A stretch of 64,000 nucleotides of DNA, from positions 1 to 64,000 of the forward strand of contig OX638340.1 of the NCBI GenBank assembly GCA_951812955.1, in the 5' to 3' direction. Made by a program: the position numbers and the translations under genes. The notes beneath the pieces were generated by a model. It was given only the letters and a program-made list of their open reading frames with translations, made no database searches and had not been told where the DNA came from. The DNA is from an uncultured Gemmatimonadota bacterium. Lineage in GTDB: Bacteria; JAAXHH01. Each line of letters begins with the position of its first letter. Position 1 is the first letter of the stretch. Shown piece by piece: positions 1 through 7,988 of the stretch.

Positions 1-264
1 CCCATATGTTCGGAAAGCCCGGGAATGGAACCGGCGTTGGAAGGTGGCTTATTCGTTGGTCCGATGCTGGTACAGCTCCACTGCGCCACGCAGGGAGCGT
101 CCATCGCCTATACCTTCAATGAGGACGACGACCCCCACTGGCTGTTGTACACCGAACCGCTGCGACTGGAATACGGCGAGCATCGATTGAAGGCAAGGGC
201 GATCCGCATAGGATACCGCGAAAGCCGCGAGATCCAGGTGAGATTCGTGGTGCGGGAGACATGA
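1..264 (+). CDS. 3' end of a larger gene whose 5' part lies outside the window; C-terminal chitobiase/beta-hexosaminidase-C-like (Fn3-associated) domain
   Basis: Frame 1 is open from base 1 to TGA 262-264. The tail 'LVQLHCATQGASIAYTFNEDDDPHWLLYTEPLRL..HRLKARAIRIGYRES' resembles the ~70-aa domain at the C-termini of secreted glycosidases. By-eye match only. Confidence 0.4.
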   Translation, partial: PICSESPGMEPALEGGLFVGPMLVQLHCATQGASIAYTFNEDDDPHWLLYTEPLRLEYGEHRLKARAIRIGYRESREIQVRFVVRET

Positions 265-424
265 TCGGAGTGGCCGAGACATGATCGATGTGGTGGTGTA
301 CAGGCGTTCGGAGAAATGGGGCGCCGGGTCCAGTCTCCAAATGGATTGACCGGCGGATCGGGATTGGTTAAGGAAATACAGGCATGAATCGTGCAATTCC
401 GCGCACAGAACCCGGGGGACCGCC

Positions 425-1276
425 ATGGATCCTTCCTGCATTGCCCACTGCCTGACGGAAGCAGAGCGGGACCAATTCGATAAGCAGGGCTATTTCATCG
501 TGGAGAACGTCCTGGCGGACGACATGGTCAAGGCCCTGAACCGCATCGCGGACCGTATCGACGAGGAAAACCGGCCGAAAGAGGGCGACGGCGTCTACCG
601 TGTCCTGAACCACTTCGACATCATCGGCCGGGACGACCTGCTGCTGGAACTGCTTGACTGGCCGAAAACCTTCCCCAAGGTCTGGGGTATACTCGGCTGG
701 CACATTCAGCTGTACCATTCCCATTTAATCGTCTCGCCACCGTGGCCGGCCGGACAGAAACCCAGGAAACGGCGCCTGGGCTGGCACCAGGACAGCGGCA
801 GGCTGAACATCGACCTGGAAACCTCGCCCCGCCCGCGGATATCGTTGAAAGTGGCGTTCTTTTTGAGCGACTGCACGGCAACTGACCGCGGGAACTTCCA
901 CGCCGTTCCGGGTAGCCATCGCAGAGACGAAATCGAGTTTCCCGAGGACGACGAGCTGGATCCGGACGGGGCTGTGCCGATCCAGGCGGCGGCCGGCGAC
1001 GCCGTGTTCTTTGATCGCCGCCTCTGGCACGCTTCGGGGATCAACTATTCCGAGATCAGCCGCAAGGTGCTTTTCTACGGATACAGCTACCGGTGGCTGC
1101 GTCCCCGGGACAACATGACGGTGGATCATTACATGAGCCGCTGCGACCCCATCCGGAGACAGCTTCTTGGCGCCGGACCATCGGGTGGTCATGGTTATAC
1201 TTCGCCCCTGCTCGAAGACATCCCCCTGCGCGAGTGGATCGGCAAACACGCGGGCCGGGAGAACGTGGTCGGCTGA
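425..1276 (+). CDS. Phytanoyl-CoA dioxygenase (PhyH) family Fe(II)/2-oxoglutarate oxygenase
   Basis: 283-aa ORF. It has 'GYFIVENVL' at the N-terminus, 'WHQDS' (the HxD iron ligands) and 'GDAVFFDRRLWHASGIN' (distal His), which are typical of PhyH-family proteins. Confidence 0.8.
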   Translation: MDPSCIAHCLTEAERDQFDKQGYFIVENVLADDMVKALNRIADRIDEENRPKEGDGVYRVLNHFDIIGRDDLLLELLDWPKTFPKVWGILGWHIQLYHSHLIVSPPWPAGQKPRKRRLGWHQDSGRLNIDLETSPRPRISLKVAFFLSDCTATDRGNFHAVPGSHRRDEIEFPEDDELDPDGAVPIQAAAGDAVFFDRRLWHASGINYSEISRKVLFYGYSYRWLRPRDNMTVDHYMSRCDPIRRQLLGAGPSGGHGYTSPLLEDIPLREWIGKHAGRENVVG

Positions 1277-1312
1277 GACGGTGATATGCTTGGACAGTCC
1301 TCAGATAGTCCG

Positions 1313-1420
1313 GTCCACCCAGGTGGTCGGGTCCTCCCAGGTGGTCGGGTCCTCCCAGGTGGTCGGGTCCACCCAGGTGGTCGGGTCCACCCAGGTGGTC
1401 GGGTCCTCCCAGGTGATTGG
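1313..1420. repeat. Tandem repeat, 18 bp x 6 (gtccWcccaggtggtcgg)
   Basis: Units at 1313-1330, 1331-1348, 1349-1366, 1367-1384, 1385-1402 and 1403-1420. Only the a/t at unit position 5 and the last unit (gtgattgg) differ. The array is intergenic and ends at the start of the next ORF. Confidence 0.97.
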
Positions 1421-1422
1421 GC

Positions 1423-1716
1423 ATGAGTGAATCAACCGGAAACATGGCGGAACAGCAGGCCCTGCTCGACCGGATCGCCGAGGCCGTGGTCGCGCGCGAA
1501 CTCACCGCGCCCGCGGTGCTCTTCCTTGAATCTATGAAACCCCTCTCGTTTCTGGGTGGTCAGTTCATGGCGTTTCTCAGTCCCTTCATTCACATGGTGG
1601 TCGATGCGTCAGAATACGACCGGATCGCCGAGGCCATCGAGCGCCGCGAGAACGTGGAATTTCTGATACAACGCATTGAGCATCATGCTTCCGGGAACGA
1701 TGACCCGGCCGACTGA
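1423..1716 (+). CDS. Small hypothetical protein (~97 aa) with one hydrophobic segment; possible first gene of the 1.4-8.0 kb operon
   Basis: ORF 1417..1716 has TTG at 1417 and ATG at 1423 and 1444. Composition looks protein-like, with hydrophobic 'APAVLFLESMKPLSFLGGQFMAFLSPFI'. I recognise no family, and the start is uncertain. Confidence 0.5.
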   Translation: MSESTGNMAEQQALLDRIAEAVVARELTAPAVLFLESMKPLSFLGGQFMAFLSPFIHMVVDASEYDRIAEAIERRENVEFLIQRIEHHASGNDDPAD

Positions 1717-1720
1717 TTTC

Positions 1721-1765
1721 TGTCCAACCAGGTTCTGGCCAATCAGGTTCCGGCCAACCAGATTC
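1721..1765. repeat. Tandem repeat, 15 bp x 3 (yggccaaycagrttc)
   Basis: tgtccaaccaggttc / tggccaatcaggttc / cggccaaccagattc, directly after the stop at 1716. Confidence 0.85.
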
Positions 1766-1835
1766 GTAAGTACGCGCAGACGCTCGGCGTACCGCTTCAG
1801 GTAGATGCTTTCCATGTTCACGTAGAAGAATCCCC

Positions 1836-3638
1836 ATGTCCCTTCCATCGGATATTGAAGTCATTCTGGCCACGGACTGCGGCAGCACGACGACCAAGGC
1901 CATCCTGATCGAAAAACGGTCCGGCGCCTACCGTCTCCTTGTTCGCGGCGAGGCGCCGACGACCGTGGAGGCGCCCTTCGAGGATGTCACGCGGGGCGTG
2001 CTCAACGCGGTGCGCGAGGTGGAGGAGCAATCCGGCCGCGCGATCCTCGACGGGGACCGGATCGTCTCGCCGGGGGCCGGGGGCCGGGGGGTTGACCTCT
2101 ACGTCTCGACGAGCAGCGCCGGCGGCGGGCTTCAGATGATGGTGGCCGGGGTGGTCAAGAGCATGACCGCCGAGAGCGCCGAACGGGCGGCCCTCGGCGC
2201 GGGCGCCATCGTCATGGAAACACTGGCGTCCAACGACGGGCGCCTGCCCCACGAACGCATCGAACGCATCCGGCAACTTCGACCGGACATGATCCTGCTT
2301 TCGGGCGGCGTGGACGGCGGTACAAAGTCCCACGTGGTCGAGATGGCAGAACTAATCTCCGCCGCCGACCCGAGACCCCGTCTGGGAAGCGGATACGATC
2401 TGCCGGTCATATTTGCCGGAAATACAGAGGCCGGCGAGGACGTCAGGCGGATCCTGGACGACAGGACGGAACTCAGCCAGGTGGAGAACCTGCGGCCCGT
2501 GCTCGAGGCGGAGAACCTGGGCCCCGCGCGGGAACGGATCCATACACTGTTCATGGAACACGTGATGGCCCAGGCGCCCGGTTACCGGGCCCTGATGGCG
2601 TGGACCCACGTGCCCATCATGCCCACCCCCGGCGCCGTGGGCAGGATGGTGCGGGTCGTCGCCGACCGCGACGGTATCGACGTGGCGGGCGTGGACATCG
2701 GCGGCGCGACCACCGATGTGTTCTCGGTCTTCGGCGGCGCCTTCAACCGGACCGTGAGTGCCAATCTCGGCATGAGTTACAGCATTTCCAACGTGTTGAC
2801 GGAAGCGGGACTGGAGGCCATTGCGCGGTGGCTGCCGTTCGATATGACCGACGCCGATCTGAAGGACCGCCTCGGCAACAAGATGATCCGTCCCACCAGC
2901 ATCCCCCAGACCATGGAGGAACTGATCATCGAGCAGGCCGTGGCCCGCGAAGCCCTGAGGTTGGCCTTCGAGCAGCACAGGAACTTTGCCGTGACGTTGA
3001 AGGGCGTGCAACAGCTTCGAACGATATCGGACACCTTTGACCAGCAGACGGGCGGACAGACCCTGGTCGACCTGATGAACCTGGACCTGATCATCGGCAG
3101 CGGCGGCGTGCTTTCCCATGCGCCGAACCGGTCACAGGCCGCGTTGATGCTGGTGGACGCCTTTCAGCCGGTAGGCATCACGAACCTGGCGGTGGACAGC
3201 ATATTCATGATGCCCCACCTGGGGGTGCTTTCCACCGTGCATGAGACCGCGGCGCTGGAGGTTTTCGACCGAGACTGCCTCGTATATCTCGGACCCTGCG
3301 TCGCCCCGGCCGGAAGGGGTAACGCGGGTTCGCACAGCGTGACGGTGAAGGCCAGGGCCGATGGCGTGGAAACCGTGTGCGAGGCCGTCGTGGGAGAACT
3401 GGCCGCGATCCCGACAGGGGAAGCGGAGGAAGTCGTACTGGAGGTCATTCCATCCCGCGGTTTTGACGTCGGCGCCGGCAGAGGCACGCCGGTCACCCGT
3501 ACCGTCCGCAATGGCCCGCTGGGCGTGATTATCGATACGCGCGGCAGACCGCTTCAACTGCCGGCCGACGCGGCCGAAAGGGTGGAGGTCCTGAAGCGAA
3601 GTTACCGCGCACTCGAAGTCTATCCGGAGTCCAGTTGA
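1836..3638 (+). CDS. GlmL/MutL-like (glutamate mutase L family) ASKHA-fold ATPase, long 600-aa form
   Basis: The N-terminal phosphate-1 motif 'ILATDCGSTTTKAILIEK' is characteristic of the GlmL/MutL family. A second 'GVDIGGATTDVFS' motif marks the second ASKHA lobe, and 'LIIGSGGVLSHAP' is also present. The stop TGA 3636-3638 overlaps the next ATG. Confidence 0.7.
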   Translation: MSLPSDIEVILATDCGSTTTKAILIEKRSGAYRLLVRGEAPTTVEAPFEDVTRGVLNAVREVEEQSGRAILDGDRIVSPGAGGRGVDLYVSTSSAGGGLQMMVAGVVKSMTAESAERAALGAGAIVMETLASNDGRLPHERIERIRQLRPDMILLSGGVDGGTKSHVVEMAELISAADPRPRLGSGYDLPVIFAGNTEAGEDVRRILDDRTELSQVENLRPVLEAENLGPARERIHTLFMEHVMAQAPGYRALMAWTHVPIMPTPGAVGRMVRVVADRDGIDVAGVDIGGATTDVFSVFGGAFNRTVSANLGMSYSISNVLTEAGLEAIARWLPFDMTDADLKDRLGNKMIRPTSIPQTMEELIIEQAVAREALRLAFEQHRNFAVTLKGVQQLRTISDTFDQQTGGQTLVDLMNLDLIIGSGGVLSHAPNRSQAALMLVDAFQPVGITNLAVDSIFMMPHLGVLSTVHETAALEVFDRDCLVYLGPCVAPAGRGNAGSHSVTVKARADGVETVCEAVVGELAAIPTGEAEEVVLEVIPSRGFDVGAGRGTPVTRTVRNGPLGVIIDTRGRPLQLPADAAERVEVLKRSYRALEVYPESS

Positions 3639-4762
3639 TGGCCCACGCCTATACATCGGGCCTGCGCGTATCGCCCCGGACCGTTGTCGCCCGGACACGG
3701 CGCCTTCCACTGAGTGGACAGGTGGTGGTGCAGGTGGATGACCGGGTACGGCCCGATACGGTGGTCGCAGAGACGTATCTGCCCGGACCGGTGCACAACG
3801 TCAACGTCGCCAATGCCCTGGCCATTGCGCCCGAGGACGTACCAGGCTGTATGCTGAAGCAACGGAACGATTCGGTGGAAAAAGGGGAGTTGATCGCCGA
3901 ATCAAAGGGGATTTTCGGGCTGTTCAAGTCCGCTGTCCGGTGCCCAGAGCGCGGAACAGTCGAAATGGTGTCGGATGTGACCGGCCAGGTGCTTATTCGG
4001 GAACCGTCGACCCCGGTACGGATCAACGCCTATCTCGATGGCAGGATAACCGAACTCCTTCCTGGAGAGGGTGTCATGGTGGAAACAGTCGGAGCCTTCA
4101 TCCAGGGCATCTTCGGCATAGGGGGCGAAGTGCACGCGCCGATAAATCAGATCGTCCAGTCGCCCGATGAGGAGGTCACCGAGGAGATGGTCGATGCGCG
4201 GTGCGCGGGACAGATCGTCTGCGGCGGATCCATGATCACCCTTGACGCGCTGCGTAAGTTGATAAGGGTCGGCGCGTCGGGTGTGGTGGTAGGGGGCATG
4301 CAGTACCACGACATCGGCGACCTCCTGGGTTACCAGATCGGCGTCGCGGTGACCGGCGGGGAAGACATCGGCCTGACCGTGGTGGTCACCGAAGGCTTCG
4401 GGCGGCTGCCCATGGCCGAGCGCACGTTCGACCTGATCGGGTCCATGGAGGGCCGGGAAGCCTCTATGAGCGGCGCCACGCAGATCCGGGCCGGTGTGAT
4501 TCGCCCCGAAATCATCATTAAGACCGACGGCTTCGAAGAACCGCAGGCACGATCGGATCCGGCGGCCCGCGGCCTGGTATCCGGGTCCCTGGTGCGCCTG
4601 ATCCGCAAGCCATGGTTTGGAGAAATCGCCACGGTGGCGTCGTTGCCGGAACAACCCGTCAGGCTTCCGACAGGCGCCCTGGCCCGGGTGCTGGAAGTTC
4701 GCAGGACGAACGGAGAGATCGTGACCGTGCCCCGAGCCAACGTGGAGATCGTGGAGTCCTGA
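3638..4762 (+). CDS. Hypothetical soluble protein (374 aa), translationally coupled on both sides
   Basis: ATG 3638 overlaps the upstream TGA (TGATG). Its own TGA 4760-4762 overlaps the next ATG. The N-terminal 'GQVVVQVDDRVRPDTVVAE' and 'GELIAESKG' resemble barrel-sandwich hybrid strands, and the C-terminal 'GSLVRLIRKPWFGEIATV' is KOW-like. Both resemblances are weak and by eye. Confidence 0.7.
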   Translation: MAHAYTSGLRVSPRTVVARTRRLPLSGQVVVQVDDRVRPDTVVAETYLPGPVHNVNVANALAIAPEDVPGCMLKQRNDSVEKGELIAESKGIFGLFKSAVRCPERGTVEMVSDVTGQVLIREPSTPVRINAYLDGRITELLPGEGVMVETVGAFIQGIFGIGGEVHAPINQIVQSPDEEVTEEMVDARCAGQIVCGGSMITLDALRKLIRVGASGVVVGGMQYHDIGDLLGYQIGVAVTGGEDIGLTVVVTEGFGRLPMAERTFDLIGSMEGREASMSGATQIRAGVIRPEIIIKTDGFEEPQARSDPAARGLVSGSLVRLIRKPWFGEIATVASLPEQPVRLPTGALARVLEVRRTNGEIVTVPRANVEIVES

Positions 4763-5700
4763 TGCGTCTATCCCCGTCACGCCGCAAGCCACACCCTGAT
4801 TCCTTCGCGATCGCGCTGCTGCGTGCTGTCCTCGCGTGTACGGTGTTCGTCGCCATGGCGCAGACGGATCTCCTTTTCGCACAGACTGACACCGAATCCG
4901 GCTGGTTCAACGCGGACCGGACCCAGGCCCTGGTACTCGGGATCGTCCTGACGGGCGCCATTCTGCTTTACGTTGTGCTGGCCGCCTCGGGCCGGCCCCT
5001 TTTCATTCGTAAAATCGCCGGCCTGGAAACGGTCGAGGAAGCCGTGGGCAGGGCGACGGAGATGGGCAAGCCCATCCTCTACGTCCCCGGCCTGAACGAC
5101 ATGGACGAGGTGCAGACCATCGCGTCCATGAACCTGCTGGGTCATCTCGCCACCATCATCGCGGGATACGACTCCAGGCTGCACGTACCCGTACGCAAGT
5201 CCCTCGTCATGAGCGTGGCGCGCGAGACCGTGCAGCAGTCCTACCTGTCCGCGGGGCGCCCCGACGCTTACCAGGAGGACGACATTCACTACGTGTCGGA
5301 CGCCCAATTCGCCTACGCGGCGGCCGTCGATGGCATCATCGTACGTGAACGGCCGGCCGCATGCTTCTACCTGGGCGGATTCTACGCCGAATCCCTTATC
5401 CTGGCGGAAACGGGCAACTCCATCGGGGCCATACAGATCGCGGGAACGGCCAGGCCTCCTCAACTGCCATTCTTCGTGGCGGCATGCGACTATACGCTGA
5501 TCGGCGAGGAACTTTTCGCCGCCAGCGCGTACCTGTCCAAGGAGCCGCGCATGCTCGGCAGCCTGAAGGGCCAGGACGCCGGCAAGGGCATCGCCATCGT
5601 GTTCATCCTGGCCGGCAGCGCGCTGGCCACACTGGAGTCCGTCACCGGAAACGAGACCGTCCGCGAAGTGTCGCAAATCGTCCTCTGGCTTTTCAGGTAG
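4762..5700 (+). CDS. Membrane protein of unknown function (312 aa): N-terminal signal/anchor, one TM, ~200-aa soluble domain, C-terminal TM(s)
   Basis: Trimmed from ORF 4612..5700 to ATG 4762, which overlaps the upstream stop. Hydrophobic segments are 'FAIALLRAVLACTVFVAMA', 'ALVLGIVLTGAILLYVVLAA' and 'GIAIVFILAGSALATL'. The central segment is 'FIRKIAGLETVEEAVGRATEMGKPILYVPG'. Confidence 0.75.
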   Translation: MRLSPSRRKPHPDSFAIALLRAVLACTVFVAMAQTDLLFAQTDTESGWFNADRTQALVLGIVLTGAILLYVVLAASGRPLFIRKIAGLETVEEAVGRATEMGKPILYVPGLNDMDEVQTIASMNLLGHLATIIAGYDSRLHVPVRKSLVMSVARETVQQSYLSAGRPDAYQEDDIHYVSDAQFAYAAAVDGIIVRERPAACFYLGGFYAESLILAETGNSIGAIQIAGTARPPQLPFFVAACDYTLIGEELFAASAYLSKEPRMLGSLKGQDAGKGIAIVFILAGSALATLESVTGNETVREVSQIVLWLFR

Positions 5701-5705
5701 ATCCC

Positions 5706-6386
5706 ATGCGTCGTAAAATACCGCTCATCATCACATTCATCATCGGCGTTGTCCTGGTCACAGGGTATTTCGTGACAAGGGGACCGTTCAACACGCTGTA
5801 TGAGAGTTTCTCCGATTATTTCGCCATCATTACGGTCTTCGCCTTCATCCTCGGCGGCGGCAGTCTGCTAAAGATTCATTTGAAACGCGTTTCCAACCGA
5901 TCCACGGACTGGCCCTACAGTGTGGTAACCCTGGCGGGGTTCCTCGTCACCCTGGTGATCGGACTGTTCAAGGTGGGCAATCCGGATGGGATGGGCGGGG
6001 AGATCCTGGCTGCCGGTTCCTGGCTGCGCTTCCTGTTCGACGGGGTCTACAATCCGCTGTCGGCGACCATGTTCTCCCTGCTGGCCTTCTTTGTCGCCTC
6101 GGCGTCCTACCGGGCCTTCAGAGCGCGTACGAAGGAGGCCACCATCCTCCTTTCCGCCGCCATGGTCATCCTGCTGGGCAGAACCCCCGTGGGCGCCTGG
6201 CTGACGGCCTGGATGCCGGAAATCCTGGGATTTCTCGAACTGCCGAACCTGGCCAACTGGATCATGGCCTGGCCGAACACGGCCGGCCAGCGTGCGATAA
6301 TGATCGGCATCGCCCTGGGGGTCATCGCGACCTCACTGCGCATCATCCTGGGGATCGAGCGCAACTACCTGGGCAGGAGGGAGTGA
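5706..6386 (+). CDS. Polytopic membrane protein of unknown function (226 aa, ~6 TM)
   Basis: Trimmed from ORF 5361..6386 to ATG 5706, 5 nt after the upstream TAG. It contains repeated hydrophobic helices, for example 'IPLIITFIIGVVLVTGYFV', 'YFAIITVFAFILGGGSLL' and 'YSVVTLAGFLVTLVIGLF'. Confidence 0.75.
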   Translation: MRRKIPLIITFIIGVVLVTGYFVTRGPFNTLYESFSDYFAIITVFAFILGGGSLLKIHLKRVSNRSTDWPYSVVTLAGFLVTLVIGLFKVGNPDGMGGEILAAGSWLRFLFDGVYNPLSATMFSLLAFFVASASYRAFRARTKEATILLSAAMVILLGRTPVGAWLTAWMPEILGFLELPNLANWIMAWPNTAGQRAIMIGIALGVIATSLRIILGIERNYLGRRE

Positions 6387-6388
6387 GC

Positions 6389-7288
6389 ATGCGGATTCCC
6401 GATTCCATCCTGCATATCGACCGGCGGATCATCTTCCTGCTCATCGGGGCGGCCGTCTGCATACCCCTGATCCTGCAGCCCCGCTTCCAGGACAGTCCCA
6501 CGCCTATCGTCCAGTCGATTTTCGACACGGTGGAGCGGCTGCCGTCCGGGTCGCGCGTATTCCTTTCCTTCGATTACGGTCCGGACACGGCGCCCGAACT
6601 GGATCCCATGGCCAAGGCCCTCGTGCGGCACACGATGACCCGGGGCCACGAGGTGTCCTTCTTCACCCTGTTCCCCGAAGGGCTGGGACAGATCAAGAAG
6701 ATCACGGACAACCTGCTGCCTGTGGAGTTCCCGGAGAAAGCCTATGGCAGGGATTTCGTGAACCTGGGTTACAAGGCCGGCCTGGGTGGCGCGATTAATA
6801 CGATGGTCGTCAACTTCCGAACGCTGATCAATGCCGACGCGGAGGGCACGCCGCTCGACGATCTGCCCATGACCGCGGATGTCGACGAGATGGTGGACTA
6901 TGCCATTATCCTCAGCCTGACCGCGGGCGACCCGGGACTGAAGGAGTGGATTCAGTTCGCGGGCGATATCGCGGGGATTCCCGTCATGGGCGGGGGCACC
7001 GCCGTGGTGGCGCCGGAACTGTATCCCTACTATCCTCAGCAACTGGTCGGCCTGATGGGCGGCCTCAAGGGCGCTTCCGAGTACGAGTCCGCCCTTGTGG
7101 ACCGGTATCCGGCCTACCGTAACGCCACCATGGACGCCACCATGCGCATGGGGCCCCAGGTCGTCACCCACGTGCTGATCGTCCTGCTGATCCTGCTGGG
7201 CAATCTGGCTTACTTCTTCGGCCGATCTGGCCGACCGGGCCGGAATGACCGGACGGACCGGGCGGACCAGGCGGACCGCAGGCGTTAA
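6389..7288 (+). CDS. Bitopic membrane protein of unknown function (299 aa) with an Arg/Asp-rich repeat tail
   Basis: AGGAGG at 6374-6379 lies 9 nt before ATG 6389 (GTG 6383 is an alternative). It has an N-terminal TM 'IIFLLIGAAVCIPLIL', a ~230-aa soluble domain and a C-terminal TM 'VVTHVLIVLLILLGNLAYFF'. The tail 'GRSGRPGRNDRTDRADQADRRR' is encoded by 9-bp repeats. Confidence 0.7.
   Translation: MRIPDSILHIDRRIIFLLIGAAVCIPLILQPRFQDSPTPIVQSIFDTVERLPSGSRVFLSFDYGPDTAPELDPMAKALVRHTMTRGHEVSFFTLFPEGLGQIKKITDNLLPVEFPEKAYGRDFVNLGYKAGLGGAINTMVVNFRTLINADAEGTPLDDLPMTADVDEMVDYAIILSLTAGDPGLKEWIQFAGDIAGIPVMGGGTAVVAPELYPYYPQQLVGLMGGLKGASEYESALVDRYPAYRNATMDATMRMGPQVVTHVLIVLLILLGNLAYFFGRSGRPGRNDRTDRADQADRRR
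7220..7282. repeat. Tandem repeat, 9 bp x 7 (GRCCNNNNN family), in frame at the 3' end of the CDS
   Basis: ggccgatct ggccgaccg ggccggaat gaccggacg gaccgggcg gaccaggcg gaccgcagg, followed by the stop TAA 7286-7288. Confidence 0.85.
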
Positions 7289-7299
7289 AGGAACGGCGT

Positions 7300-7974
7300 A
7301 TGGATGTTACACTGCAGCTTTGGATCGACGCGGCCCTGACGCTGATGATCCTCAGCTTCCTGTACCGTGACAATCCTTTCTACAAATTCGCCGAACATCT
7401 CTTTGTCGGCGTGTCCGCCGCGTACCTCATGGCAATCGGATTCTGGGACCACCTGGTCCCGAACCTGCTGGGCAAACTGTTCCCCTCGCTCATGTCGGGG
7501 GTCGTGCCCGGCGCCGTCGGCCGGTCGCCGGATTACTACTACATCATCCCCGCCGTCTTCGGCCTGCTGCTTCTTACCCGCCTGGTCGACCGCTGGGCCT
7601 GGCTCAGCCGGTGGGCGCTGGCGTTCATCGTCGGCGGCTCGGCGGGATTCAACCTGCCCCGCTTCCTGGATTCGGACTTCATCATTCAGGTCCAAAGCAC
7701 CATGGTTCCGCTCGTGGTGCTCGACCCGGCTGGCAATCTGCTCTGGGGCGCGAGTTTTTCCCACATTGTACTCGTTCTGGGCGTGATCTGCGGACTGGTG
7801 TACTTCTTCTTCTCCGTAGAACACAAGGGGATACTGGGACACGTGTCTCGTGCTGGGATCTGGGTGTTGATGGTGACCTTCGGCGCCGCCTTCGGATACA
7901 CGGTCATGGCGCGCATCTCCCTCCTCACCGGCAGGATGGAAGCCCTGGGCGCCTGGCTCGCCACCATGTTCTGA
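7300..7974 (+). CDS. Polytopic membrane protein of unknown function (224 aa, ~6 TM); last gene of the operon
   Basis: An AAGGA RBS precedes ATG 7300. The protein is almost entirely hydrophobic helices, for example 'LWIDAALTLMILSFLY', 'LFVGVSAAYLMAIGFW', 'IVLVLGVICGLVYFFF' and 'IWVLMVTFGAAFGY'. Confidence 0.75.
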   Translation: MDVTLQLWIDAALTLMILSFLYRDNPFYKFAEHLFVGVSAAYLMAIGFWDHLVPNLLGKLFPSLMSGVVPGAVGRSPDYYYIIPAVFGLLLLTRLVDRWAWLSRWALAFIVGGSAGFNLPRFLDSDFIIQVQSTMVPLVVLDPAGNLLWGASFSHIVLVLGVICGLVYFFFSVEHKGILGHVSRAGIWVLMVTFGAAFGYTVMARISLLTGRMEALGAWLATMF

Positions 7975-7988
7975 TTGGAGACCGTCGC

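Noticed and set aside
256-287. 12-bp direct repeat 'gagacatgatcg' at 256-267 and 276-287, spanning the stop codon of the first partial gene.
   Set aside because: It is real but short and isolated. It has no associated structure or known motif and may be chance or a small duplication, so I did not raise it as a finding.
1313-1420. Whether any of the tandem arrays (1313, 7220, 18814, 21117) could be a CRISPR array.
   Set aside because: The repeats are directly adjacent with no unique spacers, the units are only 9-21 bp, and no cas genes are present.
1056-1505. 149-aa minus-strand ORF with (HLGGPD)x7, and plus-strand ORF 1167..1430 with (QVVGSS)n.
   Set aside because: Both exist only because the 18-bp array is stop-free in several frames. 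They overlap the 3' end of the PhyH gene and have no RBS or start context.
4612-4761. Upstream extensions in the ORF track (4612, 5361, 16714, 17808, 38494, 42113, 44265, 48537, 57877, 62766 and others).
   Set aside because: The extensions overlap the preceding gene in another frame and encode Arg/Gly/Pro-rich junk. Internal starts coincide with stop-start coupling or good Shine-Dalgarno sequences and with the start of the conserved domain.
7164-7373. Collagen-like Gly-X-Y reading ('GPPGPPGPSGHSGPVGQIG') on the minus strand. The same occurs at 18676..19458(-) ('GPPGQLGPPGPP...GPIGPIGPI').
   Set aside because: This is an artefact of reading the 9-bp GRCC repeats on the opposite strand. The ORFs are antisense to well-supported genes and have no signal peptide or flanking domains.
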